Assembly (NCBI GenBank): GCA_050575255.1
Contig: JBNZDD010013727.1
Location: 8,619,579-8,683,578, forward strand
Source: Harriotta raleighana
Taxonomy: Eukaryota
Direction of reading: 5' to 3'
DNA: 64,000 nucleotides
Shown here piece by piece: positions 34,270 to 45,775 of the stretch (position 1 is the first letter of the stretch; each line of letters opens with the position of its first letter). Both the position numbers and the translations under genes were made by a program. The notes beneath the pieces are model-generated. The model made no database searches, was not told where the DNA came from, and worked only from the letters and a program-made list of their open reading frames with translations.

Positions 34270-36924
34270 TATTGAAATTTTTGTTCCATAATATTATGGG
34301 GAAGAAATCAATTATATGGGAATAAGAACCAATATCTTCGAGGAAGTCAGTGAGAAGGCACAAGTACTGAACAATAGGGTTTCTGAGGCATCACACATTA
34401 GGTCTACAATCTATCATATTTTAGTATGGTAATAAAGGCTTGGAGCTCCCAACTACTGTTTGTATAAATGTCCTGTTTATCGTGCTGACAGTGGAGTAAT
34501 ACAATAGAGCAATAGAGCAATGTGCAAACCTATTTTATATTTTCCTATTCCTAATTTCAAAGCACTTCAATCAGCTGTCTGAAACTCGATTTTTTTTTAC
34601 TTTTAGAAAGGAGTTAAATTTAAACTTTTCTGGCCATGTCCACTTTCTTTCAATTGTATGCCATCACCTGCTTTTGTCATTCTCTCAGCCCAAAGAAGAC
34701 ACAACACTTATCTACACCATTGCCACTACCAGACTAAAGATTCAAACACCCTGCTCCACTCTATACAAGCTACAGATCATCCAGAACTCCACAGAAAGCG
34801 TTCTCTCCCACACTAAACTCTGCAACCCAATCATCATATCTGAATGGTCACCCAGTCCACTAGATGACTAGCCAAGTGTTTGTGGGATACTGCTGGGTGC
34901 AATTGGTTGCTGCGTTTCACCAATATTCACTTTACAGTACAGTATATTGTGTGAAGTACTTTGAGATGCCAAAAAAGCTATATCAAATGCAAGTTTTATT
35001 ATTATTATACAGGGTATGCATGTGTCAAAGGGCACACTGCTCTGGTGAGATTTAAGTTTACTACTGTCTAAGCACAACAGAGATAAGTGGTAGTGGCCAT
35101 GTGTAACTGGGCCTTGAAGAGATATTAATGTATAGATATAATGAAAAAAGTTCAAATTTTAATGGAAAATGCTCTGCTGTGTAATTTGCTTCCAAACCAA
35201 CATGTCTGGTCTAAGATGAGGTTTAAGAATGTTTGCACCAAATCTAACAGTTGTAAAAGGAATACTTACCTTTACACAGCCCAAGCAATTGAATTCTAAC
35301 AGTAAAGTTACAATAACCAGTTACCAAGGTTGAATTAAGATCGTTGATGGCAATGGCACTACCATATTTGTATCTTGCCAAAAAAGTCCCTTGGAGGTTT
35401 TTTCTCTTATCAAACATGCGTAACTCTTAACACTCTGTCATAACGCCGCTGAAGTTTCTATGGAATTTTGAGCTCAGAGTGAGGTACATCTGGTTACTGG
35501 GGAGACTGTCCGTTTTAAGCAATAAACTCTGAAATTGTAGATAGCGACATTATTAAGTTTAAGTTTAACTACCTTGGGAAAAGTTGGAGTCAGATGGATT
35601 CGGAAATGCTGAAATGCCGTGTGTTTGTACAGAAAGTCAATGGCAGTGATTTTATAAGATTTAAGGGTTTGTATTTGCCCTAGATTCCCAAAATAGATGT
35701 GATCCTTTCAACAGTTAAAAAAACACAAGCTGAAGCAAAACACATGAACAACATTGAGTTTATTTTTAACATTCAGATTTGTTCTTCCGTTTTCAAAAGT
35801 GTTTAGGACAAAAAATAATTAATTTATTAGTGCATAATTCCATTTGAAAGCTGTGTCCTTCATAGACAATAGCAAGGAACCCAGAGAGACCTTCATTGGT
35901 TGTGATCACAGTTCAGGTCAGTCACATTTTTGTACAAATTCAACAATTGCCATTCTTTCCATAACCTTTGAAACATCCTTTTAGCTTGTGAATTTTTGCC
36001 ATGTAAACACTGATTGATTTTTATACTATCATTATTTCCTATGAAATGCATATTGTATTAACTCATTGGCTGGACCTGTTAATAATTCATACAACAGCTA
36101 TTATGTAGAGAATAGCACATAACTCTGGAGTGTGTTACCAGAAGCAAATTAATGCATTGCTTGCATGTGGTATTATGGGGAGACAAAATGTTACATATGA
36201 TATGAAATTTGACATATCAAATATCACATTTTTCCTTTTCCCATTGTATACACAGTGTTTCTGGCTCTGCTCCACACTCCACCTCTAAAAATCTTTGCCA
36301 AATTTATAGATAAAGAATTAACTTTTAATGTTAGATTACCCACAAAATTATATTTACTGCCATGAACCTCGTTGGGGTTAATTTTCCTGTTGGCAGTGAA
36401 TGTATGGATCTTGTAAGTTTGTGAGATAATATGATGGAAAATAATATATGCATTGGCTGCCAAAGCTGCAAGTTATTAAAAGACTGAAGAATTATTCTCA
36501 TTGTTTGCTGTGCAGCTGATTGAAATTTAAGAATTTCTTGCTATTAGGGTTTAAGGTAATGTGATTTCATGCAGGATTTGCTAAAAAGAACTCCTGGGAG
36601 TTAAAATTGGAGTGTGGCTTGGTTAGCAGCGAGAGTAGGAGTGTTGTGATTTTTTGTGCTTTTGTGTGGATTATTAGTATTATTTATTATTACTATGTTT
36701 GGTATTGTATGAAGATGTGTTACATCTGGTCCCCAAGAAGATGTGACCAGCACTATGATCTTCAATGTAGGTGCCAAATTCTATGTGGGTCATACTTTAG
36801 GCAGTGGAACACATGGAAAGTAGAATATTCTCAAGTTCAATGTGCAAGTCCAGAAGCCCTGCTAAAAATGTAATTCAACTGCTGTCTTAGGGGATGTGCA
36901 ATTTGGAAAGGCAGAGTATCTTAC

Positions 36925-37137
36925 ATGTCAGCCTGGCTCAGTAGTATCCTGTGAGACAGAAGTTTGTGCGTTAAAATTCCATGTTGGGACTTGAAGCCAC
37001 ATATTCTAAGATGACACTCCTTCGAACAATGCGTATGTTGGATTGTTGGAGGTGCCATCCTTCGGATGAGATATTAATCTAAGGTACTGTCTGCCTGTTG
37101 AGGTGGACATTAACAATCCCATGGTACTATTTGAAAA
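36925..37137 (+). mobile_element. DeuSINE (SacSINE1-like) relic: head plus Deu domain
   Basis: tgtcagcctggctcagtag...ggaggtgccatccttcggatgagatattaatctaaggtactgtctgcctgttgaggtggacattaacaatcccatggtactatttgaa. Confidence 0.75.
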
Positions 37138-37482
37138 TTATTATTATCCTCCTCATTCTTGGATAATCCAGTATCTCATGGAGCATTTGTTTTATTATCT
37201 CATGTTCTTATGTGGTTAAAAAGTTATACTGTACTTCATTACACCTTGCCCTCTTACTCCAGTGTAAGATGTCATCCACTGGGNTATCTCATGGAGCATT
37301 TGTTTTATTATCTCATGTTCTTATGTGGTTAAAACGTTATACTGTACTTCGTTACACCTTGCCCTCTTACTCCAGTGTAAGATGTCATCCACTGGGCCAA
37401 ACATCATGACATGGAATTACTAAACAAGAAGATTATCTTCTTGTGAACCAGATGCAACACATCTTCATACAATATCAACATA

Positions 37483-37775
37483 GTAATAATAATAATAATT
37501 CATGCATTTGATATATTGCTTTATCACGTCTTCAAGAAGTCTCAAAGTGCTTCATAGTACATACTGTAAAGTGTAGTGACTGTACATTTTCTGGGCGAAA
37601 TACAGCAGCCAATTGCAATCAGCAGGATTCCACAACAGTCATGAATCGAGTGACCAATTTGTGCTTTTTCTGAACGGATTATTACCCTTGAAAAGTGATC
37701 TGCCAATCAAGTAATCACTGAGTATCTGCTTACCATGAGGTAAATCTCTTACCCAATATTTTGTCCTGCCTGGGA
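37483..37775 (-). mobile_element. Decayed tRNA-derived SINE
   Basis: (AAT)n followed by the reverse complement of the SINE tail and body. Confidence 0.75.
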
Positions 37776-38747
37776 ACCATGTTTTATTAAAATATAGACT
37801 GTTGTCACATTAGCATACAATATTACCATTTACGAGCTCATACTATGTAAGATGATCCTCCTAAGAGTAATATTCCTATTGCTTATTTATAACACAAGGC
37901 ATGAGGTTAATTCACATTTCATAAATAAACAAACAATAAGCACATGCCAGTCATGATCTAAAAGGAAAAGGTCATGCCACAACTACATTACTTCTGAAGA
38001 CGAAGACGCATTTTTGCCTGTTACTTATTCAAATGACTAAGAAAATGTGGAGAAACAATGCAGTGCCATTTTCATTTTTTATGCTTTTCATGTTGGGGTA
38101 TTACCTCAAAGTGCTTCACATTGCTCACTGGAGAACTGAGTGGGAGGGTGGGTGGTGAAAACGCTTGAGAGGGAAACAATGACCAATAAAGGAGTCAAAG
38201 AATTCTTGAGGCAGAGCAACAATGTGTCATACAAACTTCATAAATAATTTGCAGGTATGATAATACAAGCAATATAACTATTACTAACAAAGCAATATAA
38301 CAGATAATGTACAATAGACAAGAACAACAAAGCAGATGAAGCATCGAATAGCAGTTTACTACATACAATAGTAAAGTGAAGTGCAATACAGTTCAGTGGA
38401 AGTACTGTACGTAAAGTGATTTGAGCAACTTTCTTTTGGCATGCACGTCATTCAACCTTTCTTCCAAGGTAACTTCACCAGCTACAGGCATGTTATTGAG
38501 TTTACATTTTGTTGCTAAGGTAGAATTGGCACATTTCAAGTTGGTTTTGGATGTTGTGTGCCTCTTCGTCTTATGTCAAATGCCCTGTCTTAATTATTGT
38601 CAAAATAAAATGCCTAGGATATTGTGGTAACATTTGAGTCTGCAACCACAGCTTCTAGGAAAACTGTTGTCAGATTCCTCACTGTCTTCAACCTGCAAGG
38701 CATATGAGGAGAAGACACTTACACTTGTTGGCTTTCAATCAATCAAT

Positions 38748-39057
38748 TAAAATTACATTTATATAGTGCCTTTCACGGGAGGACGTCCCAAAGTGCTGTA
38801 CAGTCAAGTAGGGATCAGAGCGGGAGGGGGGAGGGGTCGGGGGAAGGAAAGTAGGAAAAATTGACTGTATATTTGTGGGCGAAAAGGCGGCAGCCAAATT
38901 GCGCACAGCAGTGTCCCACAAACACTCATGGAAGTGGAGTTAGGGGAGAAAGGGGGGAAAGATGGCAAGGGGAGGGGTCGGGGTAGGGGGAAGGAGAACA
39001 GGAAAAAACGACTGTATATTTGTGGGCGAAATGTGGCAGCCAAATTGCGCACAGCAT
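38748..39057 (-). mobile_element. Chimeric dimeric element: two SINE-body segments, each joined to L2-like 3' UTR sequence, ending in an L2 tail
   Basis: gactgtatatttgtgggcgaaa..ggcagccaaattgcgcacagca occurs twice, each next to a purine-rich tract. An L2 tail (tttcacgggaggacgtcccaaag) lies at the left end. Confidence 0.7.
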
Positions 39058-39910
39058 TATTCACTGTAAAAAATGGCAGAGCAACGTAACACAATGTATT
39101 GTTGAAGAAATCTTTGCAAGCAAAATATTAGATCTTATTGGATCTGTGAGGACTTGACTCAGTAATGGTGAGTATGCAATTAGCTCATCCTCCATGTGAA
39201 CATCATCCCTATTCAAAAGTAGGATAATTGGAATAACAATATATCTGGGGAAGTGCTTTTCTAGCCATACATCATAGCTTTTGGTGAACAGCCCAAGAAA
39301 AGTGAAGCTGAATGGCTGTTCTGTCTCCACATGGTAGAGAATGTTTTTGATAATACTTCTCCCAGCAAAGGCACAAAGGCATATCATTTAGAAACCAATG
39401 ATTCTGTTGGTGCATGTGAAGGCTACTGTCATTAATTTGGAAGCATTGAACTTTGCTGTAAAACTAGTACAATTTATGCAAATTAAGGCAATAACTATTC
39501 ACTCAAGCAACATGTCAGATCATTCTCATACAACATATATAATAGTGCATGGATATATCTGCAGTTAGAATTATCTGCTGCTTTTTTAGACCTATTCAAG
39601 GTTACAGACAAAAAGATTATCCTCTCAAAGCAATTTGGTGTCAGATAACAGAATAGAGCAAAACACATTTTAGCAACATGGAGTAACTCTCTCACTGTTC
39701 GATTTGTATGTAGTTATAAGCCATTTTCATAATACGTATCAAAAAGATGTCTGTTAAATAGACTTAACATAAATACATGGGTGTGAGAGACATAATTAGA
39801 TCAGGTTTAAACACAATTTAGGATGGAAGTCACTGAGATATACACCAGTTCCATTTAAAGTGTGGTGTGCTACAAATAGATTTTCATTTCCTCCTTCTTT
39901 ATTATCCCTA

Positions 39911-40050
39911 GACATTTATTTAGGGAGGACGGGTTTGCACGGTTATGGTGAGAGAGCTGGGGAGTGGGATTGAATTGCCCTTTTCAAAGACCCAGCACAG
40001 ACTCGAAGGGCCGAATGGCCTCCTTTTGTGCAGTAAGATTCTATGATTCT
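39911..40050 (+). mobile_element. CR1 3' end
   Basis: gggccgaatggcctcct...gtaagattctatgattct. Confidence 0.88.
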
Positions 40051-40814
40051 TAGTGATATAATGCAATCTTTGCCCCTTAGTGTGAAAATGATGATATGTT
40101 TGGTAACTAGAAGTAATTGTAGATCTCTGTCACAAAGGATGTCTGATACAGGAACATGATTAATTTTTCATCAGAAATATAATAATGTTTTCTAAACTAT
40201 GACAAGTATTTCTTCCAAAGTCATGCAACAATGCTCCTTCCACTGTCACCCTTCATATGAAGGAGGTTTTCTTGGGCTTAAAATGGTGACTTTGCAGAAT
40301 TTCTGTGCCCAGTGCGTTCACAAGGAATAGAGCCATCTCACGTGGTGGGAGAGAAGCTGGGGCAGTTTCGGAGAACAAGTTGCTCTCTCGATTCAGCCTT
40401 AACTTGACAAAGGGATAATGGCTCAAACAAACTACTCAGAGTTCCAGCTCCATATTGTTAGATTGACTGCTCAAAGAAGGCCAACCCTTCCAGAACCTGG
40501 ATGATTAGATTGTGAGCAGACCCAGTTAGTGTCATAGGAAAAGGGGAACTTGGAGTTGGGAACAGCACAGTCGAGTGCCTGCCAAAATGCGTGACTGAAT
40601 TGCCGTTTGTTCCTGTGTAAATCTGTGTGAAACTCTGCAGTCTGGACCTAATCAGTATCCCACTTCCTTGACATTCTCGGTGAGAGACCTCGGTCCTTTT
40701 TGTGGTTTGGTTGTGATTGCGGTTTGTCATAATAAAGCACAATATCCTGTGAAACACTTTGAGACATCTGTCTGATGCGAAAGTTCACATGTAATATGTA
40801 AGAATTTACGAAGA

Positions 40815-41150
40815 TCTACAAAGAATGTACGGCATAGAGACAGGCCACTCGGCCTAATCATGTTGGTGTTTATAATCTCCATGAGCCTCCACCCATTCTT
40901 TACTCCTTCACTTATTTTTCTCTTCTCCTGTCCCCCATGTGACGAACTAGCTTCCTTTCGAATACATCTACACTATCTGAGTCACCACTTCAGGAGGTGA
41001 GTTCTATAATCTCTACCCTGTGTGTGAAGTAGTTCTTCCTAAATTCTCTTTCAGATCCCCTTGTCACTATCCTATATTTGTGTCTCCTTGTTGCAAACTC
41101 CCAAGAAGTACAAGCCTATTTATGCTAACTTTTATAATTAATGAAACCTA
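40815..41150 (-). mobile_element. Old CR1-like 3' fragment
   Basis: acggcatagagacaggccactcggcct...ctctaccctgtgtgtgaagtagttcttcctaaattc is the reverse complement of a decayed CR1 end. Confidence 0.6.
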
Positions 41151-42318
41151 CAGAGCTCTTAACTCTGAATCCATGTGTCATAGTTATTGAACCTGCTGAC
41201 ATGTGGAATGTTGTATTTCAGTGCTAGTTCACAGGATACTGTTTTAATCCAGATGACTGCCTCTTTCCTACTATGGTTGACCTAGTCCTATTTTAAGCAT
41301 CAAGGAATTACTTGATGGATTTCAATGGAAGTGGAACAGGCACATTATATTCAGCTGTTGTATTTAGGATTTACATGACAGATTTTCCTTGCTATGGATG
41401 AAATTCAGCACAGTAATCCTAGCATACAATGGAACACTGTGTAATAGCAAAGTGCTCTGAAGTGAGGAATAACAGAGGGTGGCCTCATCCTGGAGGAACA
41501 TAACTCCCAATGGATAGATCTCTCTGTGATTTTGTGGTTCATCTGTACTGTAGGCTATCTCATCGCTCTGGTTATAGAAGCTTTAACAAGAGAAAAAGAA
41601 GCAGCAGGAAGTGGGTGGGTGGGGGGGGGGGGTGGTGTTGAAGGTTAAAGGTGAAACAATTAGATCAGGAATAGTTTACATTGCAATTCTTTTACAACAA
41701 CTCTTCCCCTCTTTGCACAAACATGATATTACTGTTATTTGTGGATTGGTGAAGGTCATTACATTGTAATTATTTTTGGTTTATTTCTGAGTGGCCAAGC
41801 ATCCTGGTATTGAAAGGTTCACATAGTCTTTTCTGGAATTAAGAGCAAAATCAACTTTCATATCAGTTGCAGGTTTGCTGTCAGAGAATTCTTTGCATCC
41901 TCTCCAATTGTGAGCACAATGCATTGTTGTAACTAATTGCATTTTAAATTTCATATACCATATATATCGTGGCCATATATATCGTAAGTCCACATTTGAA
42001 GCCTAAAAAAGTTCCCAAAACCGGGGTAGACTTTTACAAAGGGTATAAAATCTGAACCCTGAATTCCAGATGAAATTCCAGGTTGAACAATCTTTCGGTG
42101 TTGGGTGGCTCCATTTTGAGTCAGTTGTTTCAATGGCGTACATTTTATTGGCTTCCTGCATGTGATGCAGGTATATCAACACATTTACAGTTACTGGTTC
42201 TTAAAGCACAATAGCAGCTCGTACTTCATTCTTTTTGGATGGGGATCCATGATGGGGGTTTCTGTTCGTTGGTGTTGTCGTAGTTCAGTTGAAACAAAGC
42301 CATGTGCCTTCTTTCATA

Positions 42319-42681
42319 GAGTCCTGTAGCTGAACAACAACAACTTGGATTTACATAGCGCCCTCCACGCCGAACGGCGTAGAGCGCTTGGTGGTTACAA
42401 GCATGAGAACTGTGTTCGAATCCAGGCAGGTCAGGACGAAACCTTGGGCAAGTTTCCTTACTCCACACGCCTAATAATAATCCCTCCAAAAAAAAGACAA
42501 TAATAAAAATTGGTCATTTCAATCCATGACTGTTTGTGGGACACTGCTGTACGCAATTGGCTGCCGCGTTTCGCCCACAAATATACAGTCAATTCACTTT
42601 GCTGTACATTCTGTGAAGCGCTTTGAGACGTCAGTAAGATGTGAAAAGCACTATATCAAATGCAAGAATTATTATTATTAT
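42319..42681 (+). mobile_element. tRNA-derived SINE whose A-box region is split by an antisense L2 tail (42333-42389)
   Basis: gagtcctgtagctg|insert|ggtggttacaagcatgagaactgtgttcgaatcc...(att)n; the rest matches the 33.2 kb copy. Confidence 0.88.
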
Positions 42682-42696
42682 AACTCACAGGGTTTA

Positions 42697-42820
42697 GGCT
42701 GACACTCCAATGCGGAGCTGGGTAATGAGATGTTAACCTGAACTATTCAGGTACTGCAGATGGTAAAGATTCTATGGCACAATTTGAAAATACAAGGGAG
42801 TTTCTACCGATCATTGCTGT
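42697..42820 (+). mobile_element. DeuSINE fragment
   Basis: ggctgacactcc...atgagatgttaacctga...aaagattctatggcacaatttgaaaatacaagggagtttct. Confidence 0.55.
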
Positions 42821-43654
42821 ATCCGAAAGGTCTAGGTTTTGGGGGGCAATTTCAGGCCATTCCTGGGGGAGATATGAACAATGTAAATATATCTTGAAAA
42901 GTTCCAGTGACCTTTCATTATTGACAGTTGCTGAAAGGAAACTATACTCAAATGTAAGATTGTATCTTCCAAAAGTGAAATCTGAACCAAGCAATAAAGT
43001 GGGGAGTTTTTGATTATTCCAATTTTCTATATTTTGATCACAGAATACAACAACAACAAAATTACATTTTTAGAGTGCCTTTCACATCGGGAGGATATAG
43101 GTTGACTGCATTCAAAACACGCAAGGTATTTGGTAATAACTACATTGAGCCCTTAAACAATACATCAATGTTCATATATCACAGAGTTGAGAATAAAATG
43201 GAATTCTTTAGGTTTTACCTGGCAGACCAAAACTATGTTTGGAATGGAATCAAAGTGGAGCAAAGAAGTTTTAACATTTTTAGGACCTTGTATTTTTAAT
43301 CAAAAGGGTTTCAAGGGTGGTTAAAATACCCTGAAATAATTAATAACATTCTCAACTGACAGAAAGCACTGCTGGTGATGAACTGTGCTCAGCTGGAATA
43401 ATGAACTTTAAATAAACACAGACTTACAGTGTTGTCATAATAAAACCCAACAGAGTCTGACGGTGTTCTTTTTCCATATGGAGTTCTGAGCAATAGGACA
43501 ATCTGACAATTTTATAGTTGATTGCAAAAATGTACTGGTCCATCACTAATAATAGCTTGAAAATATTGCCTATATTTCCAAGCACTATTTAGGCAATTAT
43601 GTGGGGAAGAGAGGGATGGAGGGATAAGACTGACACAAATTCATACATCTACTT

Positions 43655-43925
43655 GACCACAACCACATCATTCCCACCCTCACCCGGCTCCATTGGCTCC
43701 CCATCCCCCAGAGGATTGAATTCAAGATCCTCGACCTCAGTTTCAAGGCCATTCACAGCCGTGCCCCCTCCTATCTCTCCGACCTGTTGTCTTCCTATGA
43801 ATCTGCCCACTCCCTCCGTTCAGCAGGCTCCGGTCTTCCCGATCGACCCGTGTACCATCGGTGGACGGGCTTTCACACTCTGGAACTCCATTCCACAGTC
43901 CCTTCGCCTCGCTTTCTCCCTTACC
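43655..43925 (+). mobile_element. L2 3'-region fragment
   Basis: ctccattggctcccc...aggattgaattcaagatcctc (LHWLP..RIEFKIL) and ctctggaactccattcc. Confidence 0.85.
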
Positions 43926-44544
43926 TAATATCTCTATTTCTTTGTTCCAAGGAGCATCAAATTTTCCGTTGGATAAATTCAGCTGCTAAAGATATGAAAA
44001 CATCAGCAAAAATGTTAAAAAAGGTTGATCATAAAAGCTTCTGTAGACATTTTTCCTTTGTTCCCTCTGTTGATCAACTATTAGATTTCTCAAACAAAGT
44101 GTAATTTCTGCTATTTAGCATCACCGACGATACTCTTCAAACCCTTAAGGCAATATTGTTTGACATACAAGCAATAGACCACACAAATAACTAGAAAAAG
44201 GGCTGACTGCATGGGCTTTCAAGCTTGAACAACTTTCTTGAGATTGGTTTAACAAAATGAATATAGACCACACAAACAGAACATGATGGTGTGAAAATTG
44301 TACATGACAAGCTTCACAAAAAAGTATGGCTTAAATAGGTGGCAAACCAACAATGCTATTTTAAATGCAAGCAACAAATATTTCTCCTGGATGCATCTTA
44401 ACAATTAAAGAGCTTACTTTATTTTTATCTTAAAGTTTGGATGACATATATTTATTTATATTTATACATCAAAACATGGGAACTCCATACACTGGAACAA
44501 TAGAGTGGACAACATGGGCCAAACTAAGGGAAAGGAAATCAGGA

Positions 44545-45535
44545 GAACAAACAAATAAATTCAGTAGCACTTTGATTAGCAGAAAAGGCAGTAACAGAAA
44601 GAGTACAATCATTAATTAATAGAACAGTATTATGAGGGAATGCAAGGAATCCAGTGAGAAGGTTAACTCCTCACCATCATATAAAGCTGTATTAATGTGA
44701 CAGAGAAGCTTATTATAGGACTTATGAGAGGGAAAGAGAGGACACGTGAAATTCCAGTAGCTTCTGAAGTTACACAATATTAAAGAAATAATAGCAAACA
44801 CATAATCACTGCCAGCGTTGAAAACATTACCACCCAACTGAATTTCACCCCAAAGGTGTTTTCGACAATAATTAGGAGAGCAAAATTAAAACGTTAGATG
44901 CAAGATGCATATGCATGCGAATGAAACATTAATATTTATAGATGATTCTGGAGTGCTGTGGTTGGTAGAAGAGACAGACCAACCCTAATACAGTATAACA
45001 TAATATTCTGGGTCCATAAACTCATCCATTCCCTTGTGTTAAAACTAAGTGTAATACATTTAGCTATCTTCCAGGTTGTCAGGTTGCTGTGGATGTCACA
45101 TTCTCCGTGTTGTGCACATGAATTTCATTCCTATATGCAGAAAGCTGCACAAATGTCACATCATGCAGAGTATGCGCATGAAGCATCACTGACATCACTT
45201 CATTCACAAAATGACTTCAGTGTTGCTTCCTTTGCATAAGCACAGAGTGTGTTTGAGGTGACAGTGAGTGCTGCCAGCGACGTTTCCTGAGAAGAATATG
45301 CATTTGTGTCAGCAGCAAGTTGACAACATGGAAAATGGCCAATTTATGTGACTTGATGAGCAGAATGGCCTTCTCCTTAGCAGGAATTTCTTAGCCAAGG
45401 CAAACAGCTTGTCAGCACTGGAAGCCAGTTCTGGTATACTACATAATACACGGACTAAAAGCAGGCGTAGCACTAAACTGGGGCACCTTAAAATTGGGTC
45501 CTCCTCTTTTATGGCAATTTCCATAACTCATGAAT
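44545..45535. promoter_or_regulatory. Candidate DACH1 long-range enhancer/CNE cluster
   Basis: ~1 kb with no recognisable repeat. Contains a perfect MORE palindrome ATGCATATGCAT (44905-44916), several TGACA/TGTCA, CTTTGAT, CCATAAA and TTTATGG motifs. Conservation is untested. Confidence 0.4.
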
Positions 45536-45554
45536 GAAAGAAAAAAGAACTGTT

Positions 45555-45775
45555 TTATACTTTCACCTCTGGGACATGGATTCAAAACCAATCACAACAG
45601 ATGGGATTATAGTTTTTACCCCTTTCATTTGTGTTATGAGTAGTGAATGAAATACATTTGGCCAATCTTATGACAGATCCTAACAGACTCAGGTCCACAA
45701 CACACAATTGCTCATAATTCAGGACTAATTTGCACTAATTGTCCAATCTCACTCCAAGGCCACAAAGATACAGGA
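45555..45775 (+). mobile_element. LF-SINE-like relic
   Basis: Colinear matches to the recalled LF-SINE consensus: ctttcacctct, tgaaat..ttgg, ggtccacaacaca, actaatttgcactaattg, aggcca. Confidence 0.5.

Noticed and set aside
35262-35271. U1 snRNA 5' end (atacttacct)
   Set aside because: The match stops after 10 nt. It is simply the complement of a splice-donor consensus.
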